This document shows positions 36,880-46,406 of a DNA stretch of 64,000 nt, piece after piece. The stretch is taken from NCBI GenBank assembly GCA_046350055.1, contig JAXMBC010000001.1:248244-312243 (forward strand). Direction: 5' to 3'. The position numbers were made by a program, and so were the translations under genes. The notes beneath the pieces were generated by a model, which had not been told where the DNA came from, did no database searches, and saw only the letters and a list, made by a program, of their open reading frames with translations. Positions within the stretch are counted from its first letter, which is position 1; the number at the start of each line of letters is the position of its first letter. The DNA comes from Gemmatales bacterium. Lineage in GTDB: Bacteria > Planctomycetota > Planctomycetia > Gemmatales > HRBIN36.

Positions 36880-39189
36880 CTACATCATGCCGACGGGGTC
36901 GATATCGATAGTGACCTCTACGCCTTCGACACTTTGATAAGCCGCTTGCACCTGCTTCAAGGCATCGTGGAGTGTCTTACTGTTGCCTGCGAGAACCAGC
37001 AGATGATGCCGGTACCAGCCTTCGAGTTTCTTGAGAGGAGCAGCTGCAGGGCCGAGGACCTTCAAACCCCGCGGCAGGAGTGGCTGCAGGAGTTCGCCCC
37101 ACTTTTCTGACTCCCGTTCGACTTTCACGGCGTCCTTGCTGCGGAGGATGATGCGAGCCAGGCGAGCACTGGGCGGGAACTGATGCATCACCCGGGAAGC
37201 CAGCTCCGCTTCCGCAAAGGTGCGGTAGTCGTGCTTCACTGCCAGGCGGATGCAGGGATGGTCGGGATGAAAGGTCTGCACCAGCACCTTACCGCCATGG
37301 TCACCGCGCCCGGCGCGGCCAGCCACCTGGGCGAGCAATTGGAAAGTACGTTCGCTGGCCCGGAAGTCAGGCAGGTGCAACGCCTGGTCAGCGTAGATCA
37401 CTCCGACGAGGGTGACCGTCGGCACATCCAGCCCCTTGGCGATCATCTGCGTGCCGAAGAGAATGCGAATCTCGCCGTTCTGGAAGGCTTTGAATATCTT
37501 CGCGTGGCTGCCTGTCTTCTTCGTAGCGTCGGCATCCATGCGGGCAGCCGTAATGCCAGGGAACTTCGCTGCCAGCTCTTCTTCCAGTTTCTCGGTACCC
37601 AGGCCAAAGTAACGCAAGCTGCCCACGCCACACGTGGGACAGCGTTTAGGGGGAATCATCTCGAAACTGCAGTAGTGGCACTGGGCTTTGCCGCTGAGAT
37701 CACGCTGTTCACCTTTGTGCCCTTCAATGGTCTTGCCCTTTCCTCCACGGTGATAGGTCATGGCGACGTCACAGAATTTGCACTTCACTGTCTGTCCACA
37801 ATCGGGACAGAGCAGGCATGTATCAAATCCACGCCTATTGAGCAGCAAAATCACTTGTCCTTGTTTATCCAGAGCCTGCTTCATCGCTGCTTCGAGACTG
37901 GGACTGATGGCCTTGTACGGCCCGGCTGGCATCTTCTCATGCCGCATGTCGATCACACCCACGGGCGGCAAGGGTCTGCCACTGACACGCTCAGGAAGAT
38001 CCAACTGCGTGTAGATTCCCTTACGGGCGTTATTCCAACTCTCGAGCGAAGGGGTGGCAGAGCCGAGGACGATGGGGATGCCTTCCCGATGTGCCCGCAC
38101 AATGGCGAGATCGCGTCCATGGTACCGGGGCGTGGCTTCCTGCTTGAAGCTTGCTTCGTGTTCTTCATCCACGATGATCAGCCCGAGGTTGGCAGTCGGG
38201 GCAAACACCGCACTACGTGCCCCCACGATGACTGGCACCTTGCCCAGGGCAATCCGCCGCCAGTGACTACCCCGGTCAGCGTCGGTCAGGTGGCTGTGCA
38301 AGACTGCCACGGAACCGAAGCGGGCTTCAAAGCGCTGCACGGCCTGTGGTGTGAGGCTGATTTCGGGCACCATCACCAGGGCCTGCTTACCCGCCCGCAC
38401 CACGCGATCAATGGCCTGCAGGTAGACTTCCGTCTTGCCGCTGCCTGTGACGCCATACAGCAGAAAGCAGTGAAAGCCACCAGCATCGATCCTGCTGACA
38501 ATAGCTTCAAGCGCCTTCTGCTGATCGGTATTCAGATGCAGCGGCTGCTGGGTGGGCAGCGGTTTGGCGGGAAGCAGATGAGTCTCTACCCGTCGCTTTT
38601 CGCGGGTAGCATAGCCTCGCTCGACTAGTGCCCAGAGTACCGCCAGCGAACAGGCAGTTTCTTCGACCACTGTGTGTGCCTCATGAAGGCCGGGATGATC
38701 ACGCAGATACTGAAGGGCGATTGCCTGTTTTTTGCTCAAGCGTGGAGGTGCAATGGGCAGCAGGGGTTCGGGAATAGCAGCGATGAAGTCCCGCTCACGT
38801 GACCCAGCCTGAGCCTTGGCTGCGGCAGGGATCACTGCATCGAGTGCCTGGCCCCAGCCACAGAAATAATAGTCCGCCAGCCAGTGGGTCAGCTTGAGCA
38901 GTTCGGGCGTGAAGAGAGGATCACTATCGATGACCCGTGTGATAGTCTTGATCTTGCGTTCGGGCTTCTCTGCCGAGAGCGCGACACAATAGCCGATAGC
39001 CTGTGCGTTACCCCGGCCCAGAGGAACGATGAGGCGTTTGCCAGGGACTACCTCACCCTGCAACCGTTCGGGCACACCATAGGTAAAGACTGTTGTCAGT
39101 GGGCGATTGAAAATGACCTGAGCATAGCCGACCGGCTCGGGTTCTTCGACAGGCAACTGTGCATCGGGAAACAGCAGGTCATCGGGCAT
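36880..39189 (-). CDS. priA: primosomal protein N' (replication restart helicase)
   Basis: Walker A GVTGSGKTEVY, the DEEHE box, the Cys4 zinc cluster CPDCGQTVKCKFCDVAMTYH...CHYCSF...CPTCG, and the C-terminal helicase motifs. Confidence 0.95.
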   Translation of the reverse strand: MPDDLLFPDAQLPVEEPEPVGYAQVIFNRPLTTVFTYGVPERLQGEVVPGKRLIVPLGRGNAQAIGYCVALSAEKPERKIKTITRVIDSDPLFTPELLKLTHWLADYYFCGWGQALDAVIPAAAKAQAGSRERDFIAAIPEPLLPIAPPRLSKKQAIALQYLRDHPGLHEAHTVVEETACSLAVLWALVERGYATREKRRVETHLLPAKPLPTQQPLHLNTDQQKALEAIVSRIDAGGFHCFLLYGVTGSGKTEVYLQAIDRVVRAGKQALVMVPEISLTPQAVQRFEARFGSVAVLHSHLTDADRGSHWRRIALGKVPVIVGARSAVFAPTANLGLIIVDEEHEASFKQEATPRYHGRDLAIVRAHREGIPIVLGSATPSLESWNNARKGIYTQLDLPERVSGRPLPPVGVIDMRHEKMPAGPYKAISPSLEAAMKQALDKQGQVILLLNRRGFDTCLLCPDCGQTVKCKFCDVAMTYHRGGKGKTIEGHKGEQRDLSGKAQCHYCSFEMIPPKRCPTCGVGSLRYFGLGTEKLEEELAAKFPGITAARMDADATKKTGSHAKIFKAFQNGEIRILFGTQMIAKGLDVPTVTLVGVIYADQALHLPDFRASERTFQLLAQVAGRAGRGDHGGKVLVQTFHPDHPCIRLAVKHDYRTFAEAELASRVMHQFPPSARLARIILRSKDAVKVERESEKWGELLQPLLPRGLKVLGPAAAPLKKLEGWYRHHLLVLAGNSKTLHDALKQVQAAYQSVEGVEVTIDIDPVGMM

Positions 39190-39343
39190 GGGGGAATTCT
39201 AGGAAAGGAGCCAGAAGTCAGGAGACAGAAGACAGAAGTTAGAAGGCAGAGTAAACAGAAGCTTTCAACCTTCTGACGAACACTTTAGAATGATGGTGTT
39301 GCTCAGTCCTGGTTTCCCGCTACTGACTCCTGGCTTCTTCCCT

Positions 39344-40384
39344 ATGCCCACCTGGTCGCTTCCTGGCTTGTTGTTCCCCCAATACGGCTGGGCCTTCGTC
39401 AGTATTCCTGTAGTGTTCCTGGCCTGGGTGTATGGACGCCATCAGCGGCGCAAGGTGCAACAACTCTGGAACGACAGCTATGCCCTGCCAGTCACGCGTC
39501 GGCTCGGTCGCTGGCTGCTCCTGGGGTTACTGATCCTTCTTAGCTATTCTTTGATGGGACCGAGTGTGGGCCAGACTTCCATCACTCCCACGATGACAGC
39601 CCGGGATCTGTTTCTTGCCATCGATATCAGTCAGAGCATGCTGGCCGAGGATCAGCCTCCTGTGAACCGCCTGCAGCGTGCTCAGACAGCTGCACAGGAA
39701 CTGCTCCACTGGCTTCCGCAACACAAGGCCAGTTGCAGGGTAGGTCTGCTGGCCTTTGCCGGCTCGGGTCGCATTCTCTGCCCACCGACCAGTGATTTGC
39801 ACCATGTCGAAAGGGTAGTAGCTGACCTGCACGTGGAAAGCCTGGGAATGATGGGACGCCTTACCGATCAGCCTGCCAATCCGGTTGGAACCAGCTTCCA
39901 GGCAGTCGAGAAGGTGCTGGAGCAATGGACGATCTCCAACCCCGAAGCAGTTCCTTATACCGAAGTGATGGTGCTCAGCGATGGAGATGACCTGAATGCT
40001 GCTGTGGTGGAATCCAAACTTCCGTTCCGTCTGAATGCCTGGGCTGTGGGTGATGGTACGAAGGCATGGCCCATTCCCCATGCATCAAGCTACCTCATGA
40101 CCACGCCACCTTCAGGTGAAGCTGCGCTGCGAGTATTGACCCAGCGGCATGCTGAACGCCTGCAGCAATGGGTGGCTGGTACGGGCGGCACGGTACTCGT
40201 CGAAGATGGTACCCCCCGTCCCCTGGTAGCCTGGTGGCAACAGCAGGCTCAGCAGGCAGTACGTCCCCTGCAAAGTCAGGCTCGGCTCATTCCCGTTGAC
40301 AGTTCACACTGGTTTGTCGGCTTAGCCGGGCTGCTGCTACTCGCGGAATCCTGCTGGGGAGGCGCCCGAATTCAGCGATGGTAA
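39344..40384 (+). CDS. VWA-domain protein, BatA/BatB-like
   Basis: N-terminal TM followed by RRK, and a MIDAS-type LAIDISQSM. ATG 39344 is preferred because 39290..39343 consists of copies of an intergenic repeat motif. Confidence 0.75.
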   Translation: MPTWSLPGLLFPQYGWAFVSIPVVFLAWVYGRHQRRKVQQLWNDSYALPVTRRLGRWLLLGLLILLSYSLMGPSVGQTSITPTMTARDLFLAIDISQSMLAEDQPPVNRLQRAQTAAQELLHWLPQHKASCRVGLLAFAGSGRILCPPTSDLHHVERVVADLHVESLGMMGRLTDQPANPVGTSFQAVEKVLEQWTISNPEAVPYTEVMVLSDGDDLNAAVVESKLPFRLNAWAVGDGTKAWPIPHASSYLMTTPPSGEAALRVLTQRHAERLQQWVAGTGGTVLVEDGTPRPLVAWWQQQAQQAVRPLQSQARLIPVDSSHWFVGLAGLLLLAESCWGGARIQRW

Positions 40385-41163
40385 GACACTGCCTGTTGCT
40401 ACTGATGCTTTTCGTACTGGTCGCTGCCGACCAGCAAGAGGCTTCGTTGCAGGCAGGCTACCGAGCCTGGTTGCAGAGCGATCTGCCCAAGGCATTGCAG
40501 CAGTATGAGCAAGCGCTGCGTCACAGTCGCGACCCGGGGTATCTTGCCTGTGAGCTAGGCTGCTTGCACGCACAAGCAGGGAATTATCGCGATGCAGCCG
40601 AATGGTTCCGTCGTTCGCTGGAAGACGCCACTGGGCTGCGGCGTGTGAAGGCAGCCTATGGGCATGCCACCGCACTGACTTATGCGGCCCATGGCTACAC
40701 CGGGAAACGGGCAGTGGCGATGCTCAAGCAGGCCATTCAGTCCTTCGAACTCGCCAAGCGTGAAGCCCTGGCACTCCCGGAAGCCAATGCATACTTCGAC
40801 GATGCAGAGCACAATCTGGCGATCGCCCGGACTCTGATGGCCCAGAAGCAGAATGAACCGGAACCGCCGGAAGACATGATGGAGGAGCAACCCACACCCA
40901 GTCTGCCGCAACCGCTCAATAACAATGAGGGAAATGGCAACAGCCGGCGAGGTGCCCCACTGACTGGAAACAATACTCCGGGCGAAGGTCAGGGAGGCGG
41001 TGATTCACATGCAGGCCGTGGCAATCTGCCACCGTTGCCTGATGATGAAAAGGTGCCTCCAATCAGTGCAACGGAAGCACAGCGACGGCTGCAGGAATTG
41101 TTGCAACGCCTGCGGCGACCGCTCATCAATGCGCCGATACGACCGGGGAGCAAGGATTGGTAA
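40378..41163 (+). CDS. TPR-repeat protein, BatC-like
   Basis: Signal/anchor MVRHCLLLLMLFVLVAA and TPR-like helices, with a Pro/Gly/Asn-rich tail. The ATG overlaps the upstream stop by 7 nt. Confidence 0.65.
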   Translation: MVRHCLLLLMLFVLVAADQQEASLQAGYRAWLQSDLPKALQQYEQALRHSRDPGYLACELGCLHAQAGNYRDAAEWFRRSLEDATGLRRVKAAYGHATALTYAAHGYTGKRAVAMLKQAIQSFELAKREALALPEANAYFDDAEHNLAIARTLMAQKQNEPEPPEDMMEEQPTPSLPQPLNNNEGNGNSRRGAPLTGNNTPGEGQGGGDSHAGRGNLPPLPDDEKVPPISATEAQRRLQELLQRLRRPLINAPIRPGSKDW

Positions 41164-42440
41164 ACTGCAGCCGCTGGCTCTTCTGCTGGTTTGCGATACT
41201 GGCCTGTTGTCAGCCAGGTGCAGCGCAGTCGTTGCAATTGTCAGCCTCACGGATGAATCCCTTCGCAGGGGAGTTGATCTACATCACGCTGGACATCTCA
41301 CCTGTTGCCAACCAGCCTGCCCAGTCACTCAGAATTCCCTGGTGGAAGAACACCAGTCTCTGGCAGGAAAGTGAAGCCGACTGGCTCCGCCGTTATCAGA
41401 CAAGCAAGACCAACACGCTCCCACTCCAGTTCGGCGGTCAAACTCTTTACGCTCCGCAGACCAGGCCGGGTGTGTATCAACTTCGCTGGACACTGCTGGT
41501 CCCTGAACCGAACGAGGATCAGCCATTGACGCTAGGCCCAGTAATCCTGGGTACCAGCCGTTCCAACAACATCATGCTGGAAGTACGTCGTCCGCCACCG
41601 ATGCTGGCCGCGTCAGGAACGTGGAACCTCGGACTTGGTACCTATCAGGTGAAGGCACACTGGATGCCCGACACAGTGCCCCTGGGGAGTGAGGCCACAC
41701 TCAGCCTGGAGGTCAGTGGCAGCGGCATGCTTGCCAGCATTGCCCCACCGGTGCTTTCCACCATGCCCGGCTGGGAAGCAAGCAAGGTTCTTCTGGAATC
41801 AGCAGGTTCGACACTGACAGCCAGCAGTCGCACCTTCCGTTTTCGTGTCCGTCCTCGACGGCTGCAATTGAGCCTGCCACCGATCAGCATGAGTTACTTT
41901 GATCCGGTTCGCGAGGTGATGGTCAGTGAGCGGGTTACGATACCGGAGCTGAAGGTAACGGGGGCAGCCGACCTCAAGATGATGCCGGGGCATACCGTAT
42001 TGGATGCTCGTCGTCATCTGGCTGACGCACAGGATTCTGATCTGATGATCCAGGAGCACGTTCGATTGCCTGGATGGATGACGCTGGTAGTCAGCATCCT
42101 TCCCTGGATCCCACTTTCGTGGGCAGCGTTCCTTGTTGGCCATCTTGCCTTACAGCGGCTGGCACCCGACTGGCTGGAGAAACAGCAACGGCGAGAACTG
42201 TTGCGGCGGTTCTGTCTTCTCCTGCAAGCTGATCCTCGTTCACCTGAGGAAGAGCGGGCACTGCTGCAGTCGTTCCTTCGAGCCTGGGGTGATTCCGACA
42301 AAGCAACGATGAAGGAACAGGCTGTGCAACTCCATGCCACGCTGGACCGCTGGCAGTTTGGCGCGCCGCCGCTTGCTGATGCTACACACTACCGTCAGCA
42401 GTTGCAGGCCTGCCTGGCAGACTGGAGGCAGCGACTATGA
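41157..42440 (+). CDS. BatD-like (oxygen-tolerance family) membrane-anchored protein
   Basis: Signal RWLFCWFAILACCQPGAAQ, a beta-rich ectodomain and a C-terminal TM (WMTLVVSILPWIPLSWAAFLVG). TTG start overlaps the upstream stop. Confidence 0.55.
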   Translation: MVNCSRWLFCWFAILACCQPGAAQSLQLSASRMNPFAGELIYITLDISPVANQPAQSLRIPWWKNTSLWQESEADWLRRYQTSKTNTLPLQFGGQTLYAPQTRPGVYQLRWTLLVPEPNEDQPLTLGPVILGTSRSNNIMLEVRRPPPMLAASGTWNLGLGTYQVKAHWMPDTVPLGSEATLSLEVSGSGMLASIAPPVLSTMPGWEASKVLLESAGSTLTASSRTFRFRVRPRRLQLSLPPISMSYFDPVREVMVSERVTIPELKVTGAADLKMMPGHTVLDARRHLADAQDSDLMIQEHVRLPGWMTLVVSILPWIPLSWAAFLVGHLALQRLAPDWLEKQQRRELLRRFCLLLQADPRSPEEERALLQSFLRAWGDSDKATMKEQAVQLHATLDRWQFGAPPLADATHYRQQLQACLADWRQRL

Positions 42441-43027
42441 TGCTGCCACTGATCCTGATGATGCTGCAGCCAGCTGGCGAACAAGAATGGCCGGTTGCAC
42501 CCTTGCTGGCCTGTCTGCATGCATTCGAACGCACCCATGGCCGCACGGCGGGGTCGTGGCAGAGAATGGTGGATGCCCGTCAAGCTGTGCGTGATATTCA
42601 TTTTGCCCAGCCCGCTGTGGCAGGATGGCAAGTATCACTCTACAGCAGTTATCTCGACTACTCCCCGTTCATTCTCGTCGCATTGCTTATGCCGGGGATG
42701 CTGCTGTCGTATCGGGCCTGGCGTCACCACCGACTGGGGACGAGCCTGCTCTGGTGTTGCCTGAGCTTTTTACTCATCATCGCGGGTATGAACCTTGCAC
42801 AGCCGTCTCATCGACCGCTGGCAGTCATCAAGCAACCCGGTGTCCCCCTGCGGCAAGGCAACGGTTTGAGCTACCCAGCTCAGACAAAGCAGGGGCAACC
42901 CATCGAACTGGCAGCCGGGGTGGAGGCAGAGTATCTGACACAGCGGAATAATGGCTGGGTGCAACTACAAATGCAAGATGGCACCCTGGGATGGGTGCCA
43001 CTCGATGCAGTGTATCTGGTGGAGTGA
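42437..43027 (+). CDS. membrane protein with a C-terminal bacterial SH3 domain (BatE-like)
   Basis: Two TM helices, then an SH3b-like segment (GVPLRQGNGLSYP...GWVQLQMQDGTLGWVPLDAVYLV). ATGA overlap with the upstream gene. Confidence 0.6.
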   Translation: MMLPLILMMLQPAGEQEWPVAPLLACLHAFERTHGRTAGSWQRMVDARQAVRDIHFAQPAVAGWQVSLYSSYLDYSPFILVALLMPGMLLSYRAWRHHRLGTSLLWCCLSFLLIIAGMNLAQPSHRPLAVIKQPGVPLRQGNGLSYPAQTKQGQPIELAAGVEAEYLTQRNNGWVQLQMQDGTLGWVPLDAVYLVE

Positions 43028-43028
43028 A

Positions 43029-44867
43029 TTACTGGGCCTTGGCCATGAGCAATTCGACCTCCGCCTGTTTGGCCAGGCATTCCTGACGTCGCGCTTTGAC
43101 CGCGTCCTGCCACTGCTCGGAATTCATCGTGATCAGCATGGCTTCATAGCGACCGAACCATGCCGCAGCCGAAGCATACAATTCGGCGGGGGTAGCTGTA
43201 TCAACAGGCCATGCTGCCTTGGGATTGGCCAGGAATCGTCGTTCGGCACGAATCGCCAGGTCCATCTTGGCCAGACCCATGTAGTAAGTCAGGTGCTCCC
43301 GCAGTTCGGGCATAGCCCACTCGGCAGCCAGTTGCAGGCAAGCCTGTTTCACGCCGACTTCCTTGAGTGAACTGTCAATCTGCAGGAAGAGTTTCCGGCA
43401 CTCCAGTTCCTTTTGACGCTCTTCGGGTGACCCCTTCTGCATGTTGATCATGGCTGCCCGGCCGCGAATCAAGTCAGCATTCCAGGGCAACAACCGCGTC
43501 GTCATAAACTCCTTGAACCCGGGAATGCTCTGGGCCATTTCCTTGTGGAACTGATCCAGTGAACGATCCAGGCGGTTCTCCATCTTGGAGAGTTTCTCCA
43601 CGGCCTGGTGCGGCTTGCCACGCACCAGCATGTCGCGTCCGCTGCCAGGCTCCAGACGCAGGCTGACAAACAGCTTGTCGAATTCTGCAAGGAACTGGGT
43701 GCTGAAGCCATTAGCCCGCAACTGGGCATCCACTTCGCGAGCCCATTCGGGCACCAGCTTATTCCGGGGGATGATCAGTTCCGACAGCCGCGGATCACCC
43801 TTGGCTGTTTCAATGTACTTGTGAAAGACGAGGCCAGGATAACCCGAGCGGCCTACAGCGGACCAGGGCTTGACGTCGGCACCCGCTTCCTTGAAACGAG
43901 CGATGCGGCCTACCGCATCGTCTTTCAGCTTGACATTGATCTTAATGCCTTCAAATTCCTTTTCCAGCAGTTCCATGCGTGGAGCAAGGCCATTGATGTA
44001 GACGATCGAGACCAGTTCACCCTGGGACACCTGTGTTGCTGTTATCGCATCGGGCCGAATACCGATCAGCGAAGGATTTTTCTTCAGTTCATCCCAGGTC
44101 GCGATGCCATTCGCTCCCTTGACAGGCTGGCCGGTGTACGGATCAAAACAGTAGAGTTTCCTGTCAATCAGTACCACCGCAAGTATCGGCAGCTGACGAG
44201 TCACAATGGTATCGCCCTGCCGTTCCTGCCCCTTGATAATCACGGCTGCAGCATCGGTTTCCGTTTGAGCCATGAGGCTCAGGAAAACGCGAAGTCGATC
44301 TTCAGCATCACCTGAACCCAGGCGCAGCAACTCATGGGCTGGCCAGTCCTTGATGATCGCGGGGTTATTCTTGAGGGCAACCTGACGCATGACCCAGCTG
44401 AAAAGGTACTTTGCTTCTTCCAGCTGGAATGCGGCACGCTTTGCTGGCTCGCTGGCGGGTGGAATTTCACCGAGATCAATGGTCAGTGAATTGTAAGCGT
44501 CACGGAACAGCAGGCAGGAATCGATATAACTGGCGTCCACCGAGGTATTGAAGAGCTTGTTCTTCACATCATCCACGCGACGAGCACGATCGAAATCGCC
44601 CTTCACTTCGCTGAGCAACTGCCGAAGCACTTCTTCCTGCGGAGTTGCCAGGGGAAGTACCTTTTTGCTGGTATCGCCGTGGTGGTCGTAGTAGCTATTG
44701 AGCTGTTCCACCACGGTGCGGTACGTGGACAGGTTGATGCGGTCGGCAAACAACTGGTTCAGAATGGTGCTGGCCTGATTCTCATCGGCCTGAGCCTTGG
44801 CAGCTTGAGCCTCATACTTGGTACAGCCAGCTATTAACAGAATGCTCAGCAGGAAAAGTCGATGCAT
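43029..44867 (-). CDS. lipoprotein of unknown function
   Basis: Lipobox LLIAG-C at residues ~11-15 (MHRLFLLSILLIAGC). 612 aa, mixed alpha/beta. No family confidently recognised. Confidence 0.7.
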   Translation of the reverse strand: MHRLFLLSILLIAGCTKYEAQAAKAQADENQASTILNQLFADRINLSTYRTVVEQLNSYYDHHGDTSKKVLPLATPQEEVLRQLLSEVKGDFDRARRVDDVKNKLFNTSVDASYIDSCLLFRDAYNSLTIDLGEIPPASEPAKRAAFQLEEAKYLFSWVMRQVALKNNPAIIKDWPAHELLRLGSGDAEDRLRVFLSLMAQTETDAAAVIIKGQERQGDTIVTRQLPILAVVLIDRKLYCFDPYTGQPVKGANGIATWDELKKNPSLIGIRPDAITATQVSQGELVSIVYINGLAPRMELLEKEFEGIKINVKLKDDAVGRIARFKEAGADVKPWSAVGRSGYPGLVFHKYIETAKGDPRLSELIIPRNKLVPEWAREVDAQLRANGFSTQFLAEFDKLFVSLRLEPGSGRDMLVRGKPHQAVEKLSKMENRLDRSLDQFHKEMAQSIPGFKEFMTTRLLPWNADLIRGRAAMINMQKGSPEERQKELECRKLFLQIDSSLKEVGVKQACLQLAAEWAMPELREHLTYYMGLAKMDLAIRAERRFLANPKAAWPVDTATPAELYASAAAWFGRYEAMLITMNSEQWQDAVKARRQECLAKQAEVELLMAKAQ

Positions 44868-44888
44868 CGTCCACTCAATGGAAGGTGT

Positions 44889-45716
44889 TCACGAAGTTAA
44901 TGCTGCTCGCAGTCGCAGACAGGTTTTGACCAGTTCAGGAAACGCCGACAAAGGCAGCATGTTCGGCCCATCGCTGGGAGCCTGGTCGGGGTTCGGATGC
45001 ACTTCCAGGAAGATCCCGTTCGCCCCCACCGCCACGGCAGCCTTGGTCAGGTAGGGCACCATGCGACGGTCCCCCCCGGAACGGTCACCCGCTCCCCCTG
45101 GAGACTGTACGCTGTGAGTCGCGTCAAAGATCACCGGAAAGCCATATTCCTGCATCTGCGGGATGCCCCGAAAGTCGGTCACCAGAGTGTGGTAACCGAA
45201 GGTCGAGCCCCGCTCCGTCAGCAGAATACGCTGGCAACCAGTCTCCTGTAGTTTATGAACTACGTTTTTCATGTCGCTGGGGGCCATGAATTGCCCCTTT
45301 TTCACGTTCACGACGCGTCCGGTTTTTCCAGCCGCTTCGAGCATATCGGTCTGGCGGGCCAGAAAGGCCGGAACCTGGAGGATATCGCAGACCTGCGCCA
45401 CATGCTCGGCCTGCCACGATTCATGAAAATCGGTGAGCACTGGCAGCCCCGTCCGCTTTTTGACTTCGTCGAGAATGGCCAAGCCGGCTTTCATCCCCGG
45501 CCCACGAAACGACTTGCCGGACGAACGGTTCGCCTTGTCAAAGGAGGACTTGAAGACCAGCGGAATGCCCAAATCTGCGCTCATCTGGGCCAGTTGATCG
45601 GCTATAGGCAGGAGAAACTCCCGCGATTCGATGACGCATGGTCCCGCGATCCAGAGCAGGGGCAATCCTTCCCCTGCAGCCCGGCTGGCATCTACTTTCA
45701 CAGTGTTGACAGGCAT
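44889..45716 (-). CDS. kdsA: 3-deoxy-8-phosphooctulonate synthase (KDO8P synthase)
   Basis: AGPCVIES, FKSSFDKANRSS, QVPAFLARQTD, NVKKGQF and FDATHSVQ are canonical KdsA motifs. Confidence 0.93.
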   Translation of the reverse strand: MPVNTVKVDASRAAGEGLPLLWIAGPCVIESREFLLPIADQLAQMSADLGIPLVFKSSFDKANRSSGKSFRGPGMKAGLAILDEVKKRTGLPVLTDFHESWQAEHVAQVCDILQVPAFLARQTDMLEAAGKTGRVVNVKKGQFMAPSDMKNVVHKLQETGCQRILLTERGSTFGYHTLVTDFRGIPQMQEYGFPVIFDATHSVQSPGGAGDRSGGDRRMVPYLTKAAVAVGANGIFLEVHPNPDQAPSDGPNMLPLSAFPELVKTCLRLRAALTS

Positions 45717-45793
45717 ATCGCCATCCTATGATACGTCTTCTTCATGATAGCGACGGAGAATCGCCCGGCACACGATCGGGACAATTCCTTATA

Positions 45794-46327
45794 TCACTTG
45801 CGGGTCGCGGGTTTGACAGGCTTCAGTTTAAATGACGTGAAAAATCGCTGGGCGTCCTCACTCATCAGATCAGATTCCGTTTCTGCCAGCACAGATACCA
45901 GATAGACCCGTTGGTTGAAGACATACAGCCGAGCACGCAGATACCCGGACCGTTTGCCATCCACGATCACCTCCCGGCCGGGGACCTGATCATACTTGAT
46001 GTCCTTTTCCGTCACCATTCGTCCGGAGAGGCTGAAGACTGTCTTCGTACGGACATGGTCCAGGATGGCACTGGCGGGCTGCTCCATGAATGTGGATGAG
46101 TATTCATACACGCTGACCGTGTAAACTCGCTTTTCAGCGGTAGCTTTGCTGACACTGATATGCACGAGTTTGTTATCAGGCCCCTGTTCCTGGAATGCCT
46201 TGCGCTCCGGCTTGGGCATGGTGACCGTGTAGCCTTTGTTGGCTGCGTTCACCACCATCCAACCGTCAGGCTTGTCGCCTTGCAAGACCAGCAGCAGTGC
46301 AGTCACAAGGATGGTAGACATGTTCAT
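45794..46327 (-). CDS. secreted hypothetical protein
   Basis: 177 aa with a hydrophobic N-terminus MNMSTILVTALLLVLQG. No family recognised. Confidence 0.6.
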   Translation of the reverse strand: MNMSTILVTALLLVLQGDKPDGWMVVNAANKGYTVTMPKPERKAFQEQGPDNKLVHISVSKATAEKRVYTVSVYEYSSTFMEQPASAILDHVRTKTVFSLSGRMVTEKDIKYDQVPGREVIVDGKRSGYLRARLYVFNQRVYLVSVLAETESDLMSEDAQRFFTSFKLKPVKPATRK

Positions 46328-46406
46328 CTCGCCAGAGCTAGTGTCACTCTAGACGGAAATGCTGTCGGGTGCCAGCGGGAGATTGATGTGGTACACAAAG
46401 CAATTC

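Noticed and set aside
37183-38628. 481-aa plus-strand ORF opposite priA
   Set aside because: priA on the minus strand has helicase and zinc-finger motifs throughout. The antisense ORF is a GC-rich shadow.
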